The notes under the pieces were generated by a model that did no database searches, was not told where the DNA came from, and saw nothing but the letters and a program-made list of their open reading frames with translations. A stretch of 64,000 nucleotides of DNA. It comes from Anthoceros angustus. Lineage: Eukaryota > Plantae > Anthocerotophyta. Within the stretch, counting starts at the first letter, position 1; each line of letters begins with the position of its first letter. Made by a program: the position numbers and the translations under genes. This document shows, one piece after another, positions 35,727 to 49,784 of this stretch. The stretch is from assembly GCA_010909165.1 (NCBI GenBank), contig MU008156.1:558001-622000 (forward strand). Direction: 5' to 3'.

Positions 35727-38700
35727 ATGGGCGACCAAGATTATGGTGTATTGCACGCTCCTGTTTTGGATCAAACTATGGATGAGGCCGGTGACCCAGA
35801 GCATAAAGAGGAGCTGCCAAACGAGCATCCGGGGAATGGAAATGGAACGCTCACTGAGGGCCACGAAGTTGGGGCTGACGGGCAGCAGCCGCTCGCCGAA
35901 GAACCACCCGGTACTCACCTTGCCATGCCAGAATGTAAGACGAAATTCTCCTGAGTGTGTTCCTGTTTCTCTGATTGTGCAATTGTGGTTTTGGAATTTT
36001 CAAAGAACGTAGTCCGCGTGAGGTTCTCCTCCAGCAGTATAGCAAAAGAACAGACTGTCAACTTGTTTGTGTTTTTTATGTTGGGAAGTATAGTCGCCTT
36101 TCTCTGGCTGTTGGTTGCAACTTCTCATCGGTTAGGTCGTTCTGAGTTACATGGATTGTTACCAGTTCTTACTAACCGGTCGATCTGCTGTGCAGCTCCT
36201 TCATCTGAGGAAGATCGCCTTTGGAGTGTGGTGAAGGCCAATTCGGCAGACTTCAATGCCTGGATCGCCCTGATTCAGGAAACTGAGAAGCTGGTGAGCT
36301 GTTTTACTGCCTCAAGTTGTTTGGTGTTTTTGTTCGTTGCAGCTCAGCTGTGTAATCATAGGTCCATTGCTGGGGTTTGACATTCTGCATGAAGTTGTAG
36401 GATGTTCACCCAGTACTAAGGTTGGCATTTGTTTGTACCAACTGTATTCTAGTGAGTCTGTGCCTATGGATGTAGCAGTTGCCCACGTGGTAGAAAGGAA
36501 ACCTGTAATAAGTGCAGGTCTGTGCTGTGCCTCTTAGCCCCCACTCTTTTCTGTGTTTCACTGGGATCTAATTTCCCAGACGGTTTTCTTGAGGGCTTTA
36601 CCGTTCCTTACTTCCAGACATTTTTCACCGTTGACTTTGTTCTGATGTTTTCCCTTTGTGTGCACACTATCAGGTCAATTTGGCCAAAATTCAAAAGGTG
36701 TACGATGCATTTCTGGCAGAGTTTCCCCTGTGCTACGGATACTGGAAGAAGTATGCGGACCATGAGGCCCAACTTGGAGTTCCTGAAAAGATCATAGAAG
36801 TCTATGAGAGAGCAGTCTCAGCCGTCACATATTCGGTGGACATTTGGATGCATTATTGCGTGCACGCCATGGAGAAATTTGATCCAGAAGACACGCGCAG
36901 GTATGATACGAGGTTTCTTTTAGACTGGGATGTTTTGAGTGTCGAATTCCTGGGTTTCGCAGAGTACAGCCGGAACGTGTAGTCCTCTGATCTCACGTGC
37001 CAAGCTGGAGCTTTGCTCGCTGTGTTTTCTTCTGACCATGTTTTGGCCTTGCTGCAGTTTTCATCATGAAAATAATTCTTCTCTTCCTAGAGAAGGGCAC
37101 TTGTTGGCGGAACGGTTTGATCAAAGTCTCAGTCTTAGATTAATAAAAGAACTAACCATACGAATGGTCAAGGAAGTGAATGAAGCATTTGATTTTGGTT
37201 TTCCTGGTCATTCTGTTGAGGTCTTTTTTTTGTTCAAACACGAAGGCACCCCAGTTTTTCCCTTGCCCAGTTTACCTCAATCACTCCCATGTCATAGTAT
37301 ATCATAGGCTAGGCGGTCTTGCTTGTGAGATGCCATTTGACACAATGAGGGAACAACTGAGCCTTGCATCCAAATGCTGCTGTGGAAGATCGGGTCCAAT
37401 TGAGGGCAGAGAGAGGGCCTCTTGAGCGCCGCTCCATGTCGCGGACATAGTGTGGTTTGGCGGGAAGGTAAATGCAGAGCATTTGTGCTTCTATTTGGAA
37501 GTCTGAAAAGCAAGTTCCACTGAAAGTTTTTCCTGCTCAAAGCTTTTCCTGCTCTCTAATCCGGTCCAATCTAATAGTCAAGTCCAAGTCCGCGGGGATG
37601 CTGGGGTTCATAGTAGCAGTCCTTAACCTTCCTAAGCTTTGTCTCTGGTTGCAGGCTTTTCGAAAGGGGGCTTGAGTATGTTGGGACGGATTATCTGTCG
37701 CATCTTCTCTGGGACAAGTATATTGACTTTGAGTACGCACAGGAGGAGTGGAGCCGCCTCACGCAGCTTTACACACGCATCTTGCAGATTCCTCTTCAAC
37801 AGCTTGACCGGTATTTTGCAAGGTGAGCAAGCAGGTTGGCTGGTTTTCTTAGCTGCAGTGAAGTGGTTCTTTGCTTCATGTTCTTGTTCATCAGTACACT
37901 GACACTGTCAACCTGTACCTTGTGATCAGCTTTAAACAGATTGCAATGAGTAGGCCTCTTTCGGAGCTGCGGACTGCTGAGGAAAATGCAGAGTCAGCAG
38001 CTGTGGTTGCTGCTGTTGCTGCAACCTTGGAACCAGCTTTGGTGGAGGAGAAAGTCACGGACGGTCCTCCTGGGGATGAGGAAGGCAGCAAGGCTGAAAA
38101 GGCTCCAGGAGTTGCTGAAGCCGAGGATGTGGCAAGATTTATAGCCATCCGGGAGGCACTTTACAAGAGGGCTAAAGAGAGTGATGCAAAAATTCGTGAC
38201 TATGAAACTGCTATTCGCCGCCCCTACTTCCATGTGAAGGCTCTTGATGAAATTCAGCTTGCAAACTGGCACCGGTATCTGGACTTCATCGAGAAAGAAG
38301 GAGACCTAGACAAGGTTGGTGTGGTTCTGGGTTGCTCCTAACGCTTCGATATGCATCAAAAGTCCTTCCAGTTTGGTGTTTGTCTCTTGTGCTGGAACTC
38401 AGTCCCTACATACTCAGATCTCTTCCTTGTGCTGGTCTTAACTTGAAATGACAGATAAGCTTAAACTTATGCTTGTTCGACTGTGCAGGTGGTGAAGTTG
38501 TATGAGAGGTGCCTGATTGCTTGTGCAAACTATCCAGAATACTGGATCAGATATGTTCAGCGAATGGAACTTGATGGTTACCTGGATAGAGCTGTGCATG
38601 CTCTCACAAGAGCAACTGACATATTTGTCAAGGTTTGTTTGCCTATCCAGATTTTGTTCAGTGTTGACTCTTAAGGATCTCTAGTTGACGAATAAAGCGA

Positions 38701-40383
38701 CCAAGCTAACATGGGCCCATCTGTCTGTGCCTGAGCAGCGCCGCCCTGAGATCCATTTGTTTTCAGCAAGATTTAAGGAACAGCAAGGGGATATTACTGG
38801 TGCTCGGGCAGAATTTGAGTTACTCAACACCGAGCTTTCCCCAGGACTTTTGGAGGCAATTGTTAAGTATGCAAATCTTGAGCATCGTCAGGTGTGTAAG
38901 GTTTCCTCAAGATTTCTTCTGTTGCTGTTTAAGCTGTGTCGTTTATCACCCTTCCTCACACTTTCTGTTTTGCTGGACTCCAGGGCAACCTTGAAGGTGC
39001 TTGCCTTATATATGAATCTGCTTTAGATGTCGAGAAGGCCAAGGAGGAATCCCGGTCCTTACCCCTCCTCTTTATTCAATATGCCCGGTTCCTGGATCAG
39101 GTTCGTTTGCTTTCTGTCGGAGGTAGTATCTTGGGTGTACTATCTCGTATGCTCACTGGTTTCTATACATGGTGCAGGTTGCTGGGCAAACCGACAAGGC
39201 TAGGGAAGTGCTTGCGTCCGCCTTGGAACACTCTCCTACATCTAAGGTCCTGTGGGAGGTCAGTTGCTCCCAAATCCAGTTGCCCGTGTTTGTTAGTTGC
39301 TACTATTGCCACGGTTTGGGGTAGACTTTGTTGGCTCTAATCCAAAGAGACTAGCACAAACTTGTTAATCCAGTTTTGTCATTGTCTGCTCCTTGTCAGC
39401 ACTGACAATCATTGTCTGCTATGTTTCTACTAACCCGATTTCAAACTGTCGTGTTATTATGTAGGCTGCTATTCACTTTGAGTCTTTCAGGGGTGGAGAA
39501 AAACAACTCCAGCGTGTAGATGCATTGGTGGAGAGAGCAACAGCTTCTGTTAGGCCTGACGGATCGCCGGGGCTGGCAACAATTGAAAGAGAAGAAATCT
39601 CAAGTGTATTTTTGGAGGTGAGGAGTCATAGCCCTAGCCATGATTGCTTTTACTTCTAAGGTATCGGTTAGCCTGTACTCATTTTTGCTCGATGTCGTGC
39701 AGTTTGTAGACTTGTATGGGGATACCGAGCTGATAAGGAAGGCTGAGTTGAGACATAAACAGTTGTTCCCTCCTCGGAAGTCACTGAATGAGTCAAAGAA
39801 AAGGAGCTCCCCAGACTCCGGTGTCACGGATAGGGGCAAGGTTCACAAGCCTTACTCTGGCGGTCAAACAGTGGCATCCCCAGTGCCTAGTGTGGTGCCT
39901 GCTTATGGAAATGGACAGGCCCAATGGGGATCAGCTTATGCCCCTCAGGCCTACGCCAGCCAGCCTCAAGGTTGGCAGCAACCTCCTCCGCAGCAGGCCC
40001 CCCCTCCTCAACAGTGGAACCCTGGATATGGTCAGCAGGTATGTACATGTGGAACAGGCTTTTCCTTATATTTGGCTTCACTGTTTAACATCGTCGGCTG
40101 CCGTTGTGTGGAGGTGTGGAGTCTAAATTCAACTTCTGTTTGCGCAGGGATATAACGCTTATGCTGGGTATGCGGGATATGGTCCCCCCCAGCAGCAGGC
40201 CCCCCCACAGCAGCAAGCTGCTTATGGTGGCTATGGGCAGGGTTACCCGCCTCAGGTACTTACCAACTTTGGCTTAACTGACCTGGCTTTGTGCACGCCG
40301 TGAGTTTGGTTGCACGAATTTCGTCTGAGCCGTGATGTCGGTGAATGCAGCAGGAGGTGAACGGATGGACAGGTGGCTGGTGA
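35727..40383 (+). CDS. PRP39: Pre-mRNA-processing factor 39 (U1 snRNP HAT-repeat protein)
   Basis: [77 protein letters not shown]-rich plant C-terminus; last exon inferred. Confidence 0.95.
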
Positions 40384-41016
40384 TGTGTGCTGTGTCGTAG
40401 TGGGCGGCTCATCGCATTCAAGGGTGGCTTGGTTATTTCCTTGTGTCTGAATCCGCCGATTCCGAAATGTAGTCTAGAGGCAGTGGTAGGTTGTAATTGG
40501 TGGACCTGGCTTTGTGGAAGAGCTGGTTTTCAATGCAATGATAATTTTGGACCCACAGTACTCGCAGTGTCTCTTGTCACCCAATGGTATGGACCGGTAC
40601 CCCTTTACCACGAAACGCAGCGAAACGTCTGCGTCGTTGCATGTCTTCTGCTGCAGGTGAGTTATAGCCCGAAAGCCGGGCGTACAAGGCTGGTGGGAGA
40701 TGAGCAGAGGTGCGACGCCCCGAGGCAAAAGCTAGTCACGGGCATGGAGTTGGTGCAGTACTGGTGCGTGCAGCATGATGGACGTCTCACCAGCCCTAGT
40801 GCTACGGCGATGTCGCTCAGGCGTCAGGGACACGCGGACTCATGAATGCCGCATGCTGGCGTGACCTTGCTATATAAGGACGCTCGCCCTGGAGCTATGG
40901 CAAACAAATCCTCAGCGCAGCGCACTGCATTGCATTCCATCGTCTCGTCTTCTTCTTAGGTCATCGGCACCAGGTCTGCAAGCGGAGGCGAGTTGGAGAC
41001 GACCGTGGCATCGATC

Positions 41017-41310
41017 ATGGCCAAGTCCAGCAGCGCGATGCTCGTGAGGTGGGCCGCGGCAGCAGTGATGCTGCTGCTGGCGATGGCGGTGGCGGTGGAG
41101 CAGGCGGAGGCGGCCTGCAGCGCCCCCGCTCTGCTGGCGAGCTGCGCCTCGGGAGCCGGCATTCCCAGCCACCCGAGGCCGGGATGCTGCAACGCGCTAC
41201 GAGCGGCGGGCGTCCCCTGCGTGTGCAGCCTGTTGAAGCAGGCCCAGGTGCCGCCGGGCACTCAGCAGAACTACATCAAGGAGTGCAAGTTCGGCCCTGT
41301 CAAATGTTAG
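41017..41310 (+). CDS. Secreted 8-cysteine-motif protein (non-specific lipid-transfer/prolamin superfamily), single exon
   Basis: Signal peptide ending AEA, pattern C-C-CC-CxC-C-C, TATATAA at ~40871. Confidence 0.9.
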   Translation: MAKSSSAMLVRWAAAAVMLLLAMAVAVEQAEAACSAPALLASCASGAGIPSHPRPGCCNALRAAGVPCVCSLLKQAQVPPGTQQNYIKECKFGPVKC

Positions 41311-42174
41311 GAGGCTCAATGACATCGTCGGACGCCGGACGCAGGACGCCGGACGCCGGACGCAATAAGCGCTGCGATACTAATGTGTAGCTACCAGCTA
41401 CCTGTCTAGGAATAAGCTACAATCATGGAGACTACTTCTAGTACTAGTGCGAGCACGGGGCGATGGCTGCACCATGCTAGGCTAGCATTTTGCACTGCTT
41501 GCAATTGCTGCCGACGCCCGGGGCCCATACACTACCTTGCCTACATAGATATCATCTCCTGTAGAACGGTCGTTTTGTATTGCCAAGTGCCCCTGGCCAG
41601 AGTGGATCCATAGCCCGCGCGCTCGAGCGGAAACTTTGGGTCAGTTGCACATTTCGTGCAATTTGTGCACGGGGGATTGACTGTGTCCCGTCCTGACGAT
41701 GTACCTCAACCCGGCTTATAAATACATATATATGTTCACCACCTTGCCGAGCACGAAAGACAGCAGCAAGGAAGCATGGTCGTGTGCAGACAGAAAGCGA
41801 AATGCGAAAGTGTATCAGTGGTCATTAATGCTGGTGCAGTCGTCCACCATGGACTGCGCATCTTAGGAAGACAGGAAGACGACCATGGACTGCGCATCTT
41901 AGAAAGGAAACAAGACAGCAAGCAATGATCTATCACTATGGAATTTTGTTCCAATGGACAGCAAGCAATGATGTATCACTGTAAGTTTCTGTTCCAATGC
42001 TATGCGATTCTGTTCCACAGGAACATCTTCGAGGAGGAAACGAAGAAGCAGGCAATGTAAAAAAGCATCTTCCAATGGCCATGCTACGGGATTCTGTTCC
42101 GTGGAAACATCTTTGAGGAGGAGACGAAGAAGCAGGCACTCTGAAAAATTATCCTCCAGTGGTGGGGATGAGAG

Positions 42175-42214
42175 TTCGACTTGCCGGATCCGAACCAGTG
42201 ACCAGCGACTTAAG
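42175..42214 (-). pseudogene. 3' half relic of a tRNA-Tyr gene
   Basis: ttcgacttgccggatccgaaccagtgaccagcgacttaag versus tccgacttgccggattcgaaccagcgacctaag at 27759. Confidence 0.75.
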
Positions 42215-42593
42215 TCCCATGTTGATTTGGTAGTATAACGTTATTCAATTACGCTAAAAATCTACCGGTTTCACACTGAAAACGCACTGAAACTTCTGAA
42301 CAGCCAACGGTGGAGACTTCCAACGCTTCACCGGTTTTCAGTGACGTAGGTATTTTATGCGTATTTTTCTTTCCGACTGTGCTAAGTTCGAAATGGGAAG
42401 GAAGCGCCAGTAATAAAGGTGGCAGCTCTGCTTCGGTCGAATTCTTGCACAATCAGGATGAGCGTCAAAAAAGCACGAGGCGACGTGTATCCGGAGATAA
42501 CACATACCTAGTGGCAGCTTATTCCTAATTATCACGTGGTAGCGGAAACTCAAATATGTAAATTTCGGAAAAAACATTGCCAAAGGTATCATG

Positions 42594-44444
42594 TCATTGG
42601 CACAAGCTTTCCACCGCAGTCACAATCTGATGTGGCTGAACGACAGTCAGCTCTTCCAACGGCCCGGAGTAAGGTGTGGGCACATCCTGCGACGATAAAC
42701 AACCTATAGGTCCATCCAGATAGTCGAAGAAGTTTTCCATGATGGCAGCCCGGAGACTCGCACCGATGCCACCGGTTCTCATGCACTCCTCCACTATCAG
42801 GACTTTGTGTGTCTTCTTCACTGAGTTACCGATGGTGTACAGATCAAAGGGCTTCAGCGACCGGATATCTATGATCTCCGGATCGTAGCCCTTGTTCACC
42901 AGAGTCTTGGCTGCCTGTAATACATGGTGCCGCATCCGAGAGTAGGTCAGAATGGTGATATCCTCACCAGGACGCACCAGCTCTGCTTCCTCCAGGCAGC
43001 AAATGTATTCCTCGTCAGGGATCCTCTCCTTCAGGTTGTACAGCAGCACATGCTCGAAGAGAATAACCGGATTCTCACTGCGGATGGCAGCCTTCATGAG
43101 GCCCTTGGCATTGTAGGGCGTGGAGCAGGCCACCATCTGTAGTCCAGGAACCGATTGAAAGTAGGACTCCAGCCGCTGTGAGTGCTCTGCTCCAAGCTGC
43201 CTGCCCACACCCCCGGGGCCCCTTATAACCACAGGGATTCTGAATTGTCCTCCCGATGTGTAGTGCAGCATACCACAGTTGTTGGCTATTTGGTTGTAAG
43301 CCAGCAGCAAAAAGCCCATGTTCATGCCCTCGATAACCGGCCGCAACCCGGTCATTGCAGCCCCGATAGCCATGCCGGTGAAGGAGTTTTCAGCAATGGG
43401 AGTGTCCAATACACGCCAGTCTCCAAACTTTTCAGCAAATCCCTTTGTCACCTTGTACGAGCCTCCGTAGTGACCGACATCCTCTCCCATGACGCATACG
43501 GTAGGATCCCTCTCCATCTCCTCCTCCAGACCCTCGCGCAGAGCTTCAAACATAAGTAGTTCATGACTGTTCGGACCATGCACCCATTTCAGTGAACAGC
43601 CCTGTTCTCTACAGGCCACAATTCTCCAAAGCGAGCGGCCACACTAGCAAAAAGGTCACCCGAAATTTCTTTCTTGGAACAAAACCTACCCTGCCTTTGC
43701 CGGTGCAGAACTGGCAGCTTCACCTTTCACCTGAAATCAGTACAGGAAATAGAGGACACTCGCCCCTCAGACACGCCTCTCAGCTTCAACTCGTGCGCTA
43801 AACAAGCAAACGCTTACAGCAACTGCTCTACGGACGAAACTTGATTCTGCTGCATCAGATTTGAGGCCGAGTCCAAAAGGAGCTCCAGTTTCCGCAGTAA
43901 CCACCAAGCGCCGCGCCCTTGCTTCTATAAAACCACACACCGTCCGTCAGCTCGTTTCTGAGACAAGGAAACGAAAAGGCAACAGTGCGTTGCCACAAAC
44001 GATGCCGCTCATCTTGCTGAGCATTTACAAGCAGCGGACTCAGTACGCATGCAGGATGCATGCACGCCTACAGAGTAAGGCACTGTTATCACAACCACGA
44101 CCGAAGACAACAAAATGAAATTTCTGTCTGTCACCTCGGCCAACCACTCCCTTTCAGCTAGACAACAAACATTTCCAACGCTGCATTCACAGAATTCCCC
44201 TCACCTCCTTCACACTCAGGGTTAGCAGCCAGAAGGTGAAACACGACACGAAAAGTCGTCAAACTGCGACACACAGGCAGCACAACACCAGAGACTGTTT
44301 GAAGGCGTCCATGGGACAAGCAAGACTCTGCTTACCGCGAAAAGGAGACAACGAGGAACCGAAGCTGACGCTCGCCCGGTGGGAGGAGCACGACGCAGCC
44401 AGGCTCCCTGCAGCCGCAGCATGCATCAGCGCCTGGGACGCCAT
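42594..44444 (-). CDS. PDH-E1beta: Pyruvate dehydrogenase E1 beta subunit, plastid type, 3 exons
   Basis: [55 protein letters not shown]; transit-peptide exons at ~44335-44444 and ~43856-43925. Confidence 0.96.
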
Positions 44445-44790
44445 GGCAGCAACTCCAACCCGGGCGAATGCAACCTCTCAGACTTGGCCGCGCATAAATC
44501 GGACCCGGCGGGCGGAGAGATGAGCGCAAGTCCTGACAAGCTTGACGGGGACGCTGATGAGGCTCGCCAATCACGAATCACGATCCAGACGGAATGAAGG
44601 ATCCCCAGGCCCCTTCACACCGCTGGTTACTGGGATTCCATTTCGACCCCTGGGTCGTGTGAACGCGGATATTTGAAACACGATCCGAATTGCTTCTTGT
44701 CATTCAATTTCGATTTGGCGCGATGCTGCGAGCGCGAACGCGCGAGCAGCCTCAGCAGCAACAGCAGCAGCAGCAGCAGCAGGAGCAGCG

Positions 44791-47700
44791 ATGATGGGCG
44801 GGGAGGATGCTGGCGACGCCATCGCCATCGCTAGGGTTCTGGGCGAGGCTCAGATTTCGTCGGTGTCGCAGCACACTAGGCTGGTGAAGGAGCTGGTGCA
44901 GTGCAGGAGGCAGAATGGCGGGTTTCTGGAGGACTGGGCCCGGTGTCTGCAGCCGCTCTTTCTGGTGGCGGCGAGGAAGCCTGCGGCGGAGCAGGCAGTG
45001 CGCTTCTGCGCGCATTTCGCGGCGTACCGGGATGCGGACGCGGCGGAATGCGATGCGTTTGCGGAGGATTTTCTAGGCTTGCTGCTGGAGTGGGCCGAGG
45101 CGGTGGACAAGACTGTCCGCTTCAGGGCGTGTCAGATGGTGCATGAGGTGCGGTGGCGGGAGGTTTGGGTGTTCTGATTGCCTGATTTGATTTGGAGTTT
45201 TGAGCCGGGGAAATGTGGTGGCAGATAATGCAGAGGATACAGGACGATGCGATGCTCAGCGACGATACCTTGGACGGGGTGGTGGCGGGTATGCTCCGCC
45301 GTATGCAAGACAGGGTGGCGGCTGTGCGGGCTTTTGCAGCTCGATCGCTGGCGAGGCTTGCTGTGGCCACGGATTTGGAGATGGTGGAGAATTGGGGGAT
45401 TTTGGAGCAGTATAGGCGGACTCTGGATTTGGACGAGAATGTGGTTAGTGGTGTGGACCATGTCATGGCTCTTATCTGGTGGTTTGTGGAAAGGTGGTAT
45501 GAGGCTGCTGGGCTGATGCACGATTTCGGTTTTCACCAGGACGTGAGAAGATGGGTTGTCTTGTCCATTCCGCCAATTAGCTGTACCATTCCCCAAGTTG
45601 TTGAGAGGACGGCTGATGTCCATGATTCTGTCAGGAAAGCTGCCTTCTTCAAGCTTGGGCAGGATTTCCCGATCAACAGCCTCAGGTTGGTCTACCGTTG
45701 GAAGTTGGACAGGTTCTTTCCTGGGAACACGAGAGTGAGGGCATAACCACTTGCATGCTGTGACTGCAGCATTTCACAGAGGGCCCTGGTTCTTGAAAGA
45801 GGCCTTGCGGATAGAGTGCCTGCTGTGAAAGCTGAGTCCCTGAAAATGCTCAAGACCTGGCTGCGGAGGGACTGCCAGGGAGATGTGTTAAGCTTGTTGA
45901 AGCTCATGGACGTGGAGACTCATGCTAGAGTCGGAGAGACCATCATGGCAGAGCTTCTTCAAGCTGAGGTCATCCAGCTAGGATCCCATGGAGGCCCTAT
46001 GAACGTGTTCGCACCAGGTGATACTTGCTTTCTCATTCTATATAACCTTTCTTTCTATTGAAGGATAGCTGCACGGGGAAATTCTGATGGGTTTGTCGGT
46101 GTAACATGCGCGCCTGGCAGATGAGAAAGACGGTGACCAAGCCCATCTTCTGGAAGCAGAAGAAGCCCTGTACTGGAGGATGTGGTGTTTTTTTGTCCAT
46201 GATGCAGAACAGGTACTTCGTGAAGTGTTGTTTTGTGGACTGCATAGCCACCTCATCCCACATGGCTTATGATCCATGTCCCTGCAGACTAGAAGCTCTG
46301 AGGCAGCAACTTCAGGAGGTGGAAAGGCTGTCGTAGATGCTGAGAATGCTGCTCTCAAGCAAGAGGCTCTTGAGAAAATTTTACCGCCAACCGTAGCTGA
46401 CTATGTGTCGGTGGTCGAGAGACATATACTTGCCGGTACCTGTGGAAAGGACTTCGAGGATGTTCACCATTGTGTAACAAGCTTGCTCTTCCATGAGTGC
46501 GGCTCTTGGGCTGACTATTTACATCTTGCCAACTGGTCCATGTCGATGATGCAGGGCAGCAATATCGCTTCGCCTCTCAACAGCTCTTGAAGATTGGGAA
46601 GCTGCTCGATTTTACAGATGCTGTAAGCCGTCAGGTTGCAGCTTTGTTTCTACGGAATCTGCTTGAGAAACCCGAGAGTCATGACGTTGTGGATATCTTG
46701 GGGGATGGTTTGAGTATTGGAGGAGATAAGGAATGGCAGGATGCAATTGCCGGATTTGGCAGAAGTGTTCATGCATCTCCTGGAGAGTGGGTTAAGGTGC
46801 TTATTGAGGCTGTGGCAGATCAGGGAAGGCCATGTCGTGAAGGTGATGCAAATGCCATGCAATGGCTTCATTGTCTGGCATTAACTGGCCTCCTTCTTAC
46901 GAGTATCACGTCGACAAAACAACTCATTGGATCGGCAATTGAGCCTTCAGAGCTCTCGGATGCTCTGCTTAGTTCCGCTGTGAGATCGACAAAACATCTT
47001 TGCGTCTCTTCTCTAGCATCATTTCTACTGCTACATCTCCGGATTCACTGCGGTCTCCAATGCAGGTGAAGCACATCCACCCTGAGGTGCAACGGGCCGG
47101 CCTTAGGTGTTTGGGACTGTTCTGTCCACTGGAAGTGGTGCCCAGCTTGAAGCTTGTTCAGGCATTGCGGTCAGCTCTTCACAGTGCACATCAACCAGTC
47201 TGCAACATGGCGATAAAGGCAGCATTCGATCTTATCATCTGCCATGGTCCGAAATGCATGGAAGGGGTTGAGATTCAGGCATCGGAAGCGGAGGGAAGTG
47301 GCCAAGATGTCGGCAAGCCTGTGATGCATATACTGGCGTCTTGGCTGGATGGAGATGCACACTTTGAGGATCTCGCCGAAGACAGACTATCTCCTGTTGC
47401 CGATGCCGAGAGCCCAAGAGGACTAGTAGCTGAAGGATTCGCCAAGCTTCTAATCAGAAGCAAGACAGTCGGCGACAGCCTGGTTGATGAGCCTGCCATC
47501 CTCAGAAAGCTGTTGCTTATTTACTTCAACAACGAGACACGCAGGTTTGCTCATGTACCTGGTCCATTCTCGTCCTCTCTTTAGCTGATTTCCTTTGATT
47601 AAATGACATGAAGGTGATTTGCAGGTTGAATCAGTGTCTTTCTGTGTTCTTCCAGAATTATACAGCTCTTTCTGCTGATCATAAGGTGAGTCTCTCATGA

Positions 47701-48836
47701 ACCTACTCCACAGCGGTTGATTCTCCACATTCCCGTACCAACTGACGCAATTTCTGTTTTACAGCTTTGTGTGGCAAGAGCCTTCATCCCGGTTGTTCGT
47801 TGTATGTGGGTGGGAGGTCACTCCCTTCTCTCGAGACAGCGAGCGACGACTGTCTCACGCTTCATGCTGCAGATGATGCTTCAAGAAATTAAGAAGCCAG
47901 CTGAGAAACCTACAGATGACTTCACAGAGCACAGTGGTGACGTTGACAATGGTCCACCCGACGAAGGCCATGAGGATCTGGCTTTGCGAATAGCCAATGA
48001 GGTTTGTGGGGTGGGCGTCTCTTATGTTGCCTGTTCCGTTTCTAGCTGGCTGAACTCTTTGTTACCAACTAAGTCATAATCTTTGCCCCTGCGGTTGTCC
48101 AGGTGAAAGTCGTTCTGCAACAGCCAAAATTCCCTTCCGTCAGGCTCTATGTGGCCTTGCTGTATCGAGTGTCGTTTGACCTTCAATTTCGGCCAACCCA
48201 GCAGAAGCTTATCAAGCTCATGCACTCGCTGGTGCAGAGGTCCTTCTCTCTCTGAAGTCTGCCTGAAACTGACCATACAGCAGCACTTCATGCTGACAAG
48301 ACTCGGTGTGCAGCGCGATTGAGAGTTTATCGGACGACAAGCTTGTGACCAAGACTTTGCTTCGCGAGCTGCAGGCCTATGCAGCTCGCCTCAAAGCGTT
48401 AGACACGACTCCTGACAGTGGCCTCACTGACGAGGAGCTTGGGATCTTGTTAGGTGCCACCTCGGTCACAACCCCTACTCAAATTTTGTCCTTTACCAGA
48501 GGGGCGGTCTGATTTCGCATCGATACTGTTTGTGCAGGAAACTTACAGCTAACTGTCGAGCGAAACGGAGGTGAAGAGGCGTCTGCAGCAACTGTATCTA
48601 CACCCGCAACCAAGAGGAAAACTGTAAAAAGTGGGTTCTCCTTTGCTGTTTCTGCTTGGAGTATTTGATTGCTTTTGCAAATCGGATTGCTAAAGCACTT
48701 ACACTCTCGTGCAGGAAGGAAGAAACGAGCTGTTTCACCTGTGGATAGTGAGACCTCTTCTCCAGAAGTTTATACTCCTGCCCCACGAGACAGAAGGCGA
48801 ACAACAAGGGGACGAGACCTCGTGTTTTCCTCTTGA
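44791..48836 (+). CDS. NCAPG: Condensin I HEAT subunit CAP-G
   Basis: IARVLGEAQISSVSQHTRLVKEL, DKTVRFRACQ, RMQDRVAAVRAFAARSLARL, ERTADVHDSVRKAAF, LERGLADRVPAVK, VAEGFAKLL, LNQCLSVFFQNY. Confidence 0.93.
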
Positions 48837-49269
48837 TGGCTTTCTCAAGCGTCAGACGTTGTCAAGCTTTGTATCTTGAGATTGCTAAACCCTGCCCTCT
48901 ACCCCTACACAGCGCACTGCTGTACTTTGACGATAGTACTGCATATTCACATGTACAGCAGGACCTGGAAGAGCAATTGGTCAAGTTTTGCTACAGCTGC
49001 AACAACACCAGCCCTACCTTCAGCATTCTGGAGTTCAGACACTCATACATAGGCCAGCTGAGAAACTACAGATGGCTTCACAGACCTCGTGTTTTCCTCT
49101 TTGATGGCTTTCTGAATCTGGCGGTGTTAAGTATCTTCAGAATGCTATGCCTACGTTGGGGAACACACAGCGATGCCTGGAGGGTGGCTTCTCGTCCCCT
49201 GCGGTATTTTCCTTTTGGAGGTGCGATTTCGCTTCGCTAGCTTTAGTGACCGATAGCTTGCTATGAACG

Positions 49270-49730
49270 CGTCAATTGCTTGACGCCGTTGCTGTTCAGC
49301 TCCTTGAACACCAAAATATTGGCCTCAGTCCAGTTCACCCTAATAAAATCAATCAACTCATAGAAGGAGCTGGGCCAGCGCTCCACTTCCTCGGAGGCCG
49401 CCGATCGATGGACTCATTAAACACAGCATGCATGAAGAGGTGCCCTCCCAACTCTTACAGAAACTGGTTGCAGTCTGCAGCCAGTTTGAGTCGATCGTAG
49501 AATCCAATGTTTCTTAGAAGGGAATTTCTTTTCCCAGTGAGGTACTGTTCAACCTGCTGATCCTGTCTGTATGCCGTTTGAAGCTTTGAGATGGGACTCG
49601 ATGGCTGCTACTGATACCAGTCGGTCTCCAGCCATGTGCAAGTGAGGGCCCCTCGTCTTTGACGTTGGAGAAGCAGCTTCACGCTCGAAATCCCCCATGC
49701 ACCCTCCAGGAGGAGTCCAGACCATCTACA
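49270..49730 (-). pseudogene. Unidentified decayed coding sequence
   Basis: Protein-like frame ..TWLETDWYQ*..LLRNIGFYDRLKLAADCNQFL*ELGGHLFMHAVFN../EVERWPSSFYELIDFIRVNWTEANILVFK with stops and a frameshift. Confidence 0.3.
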
Positions 49731-49784
49731 TGGCTGGCAAGTAGAAGGTAGCACAAAGATTCTCCACTAATTTAAACCAGCGAT

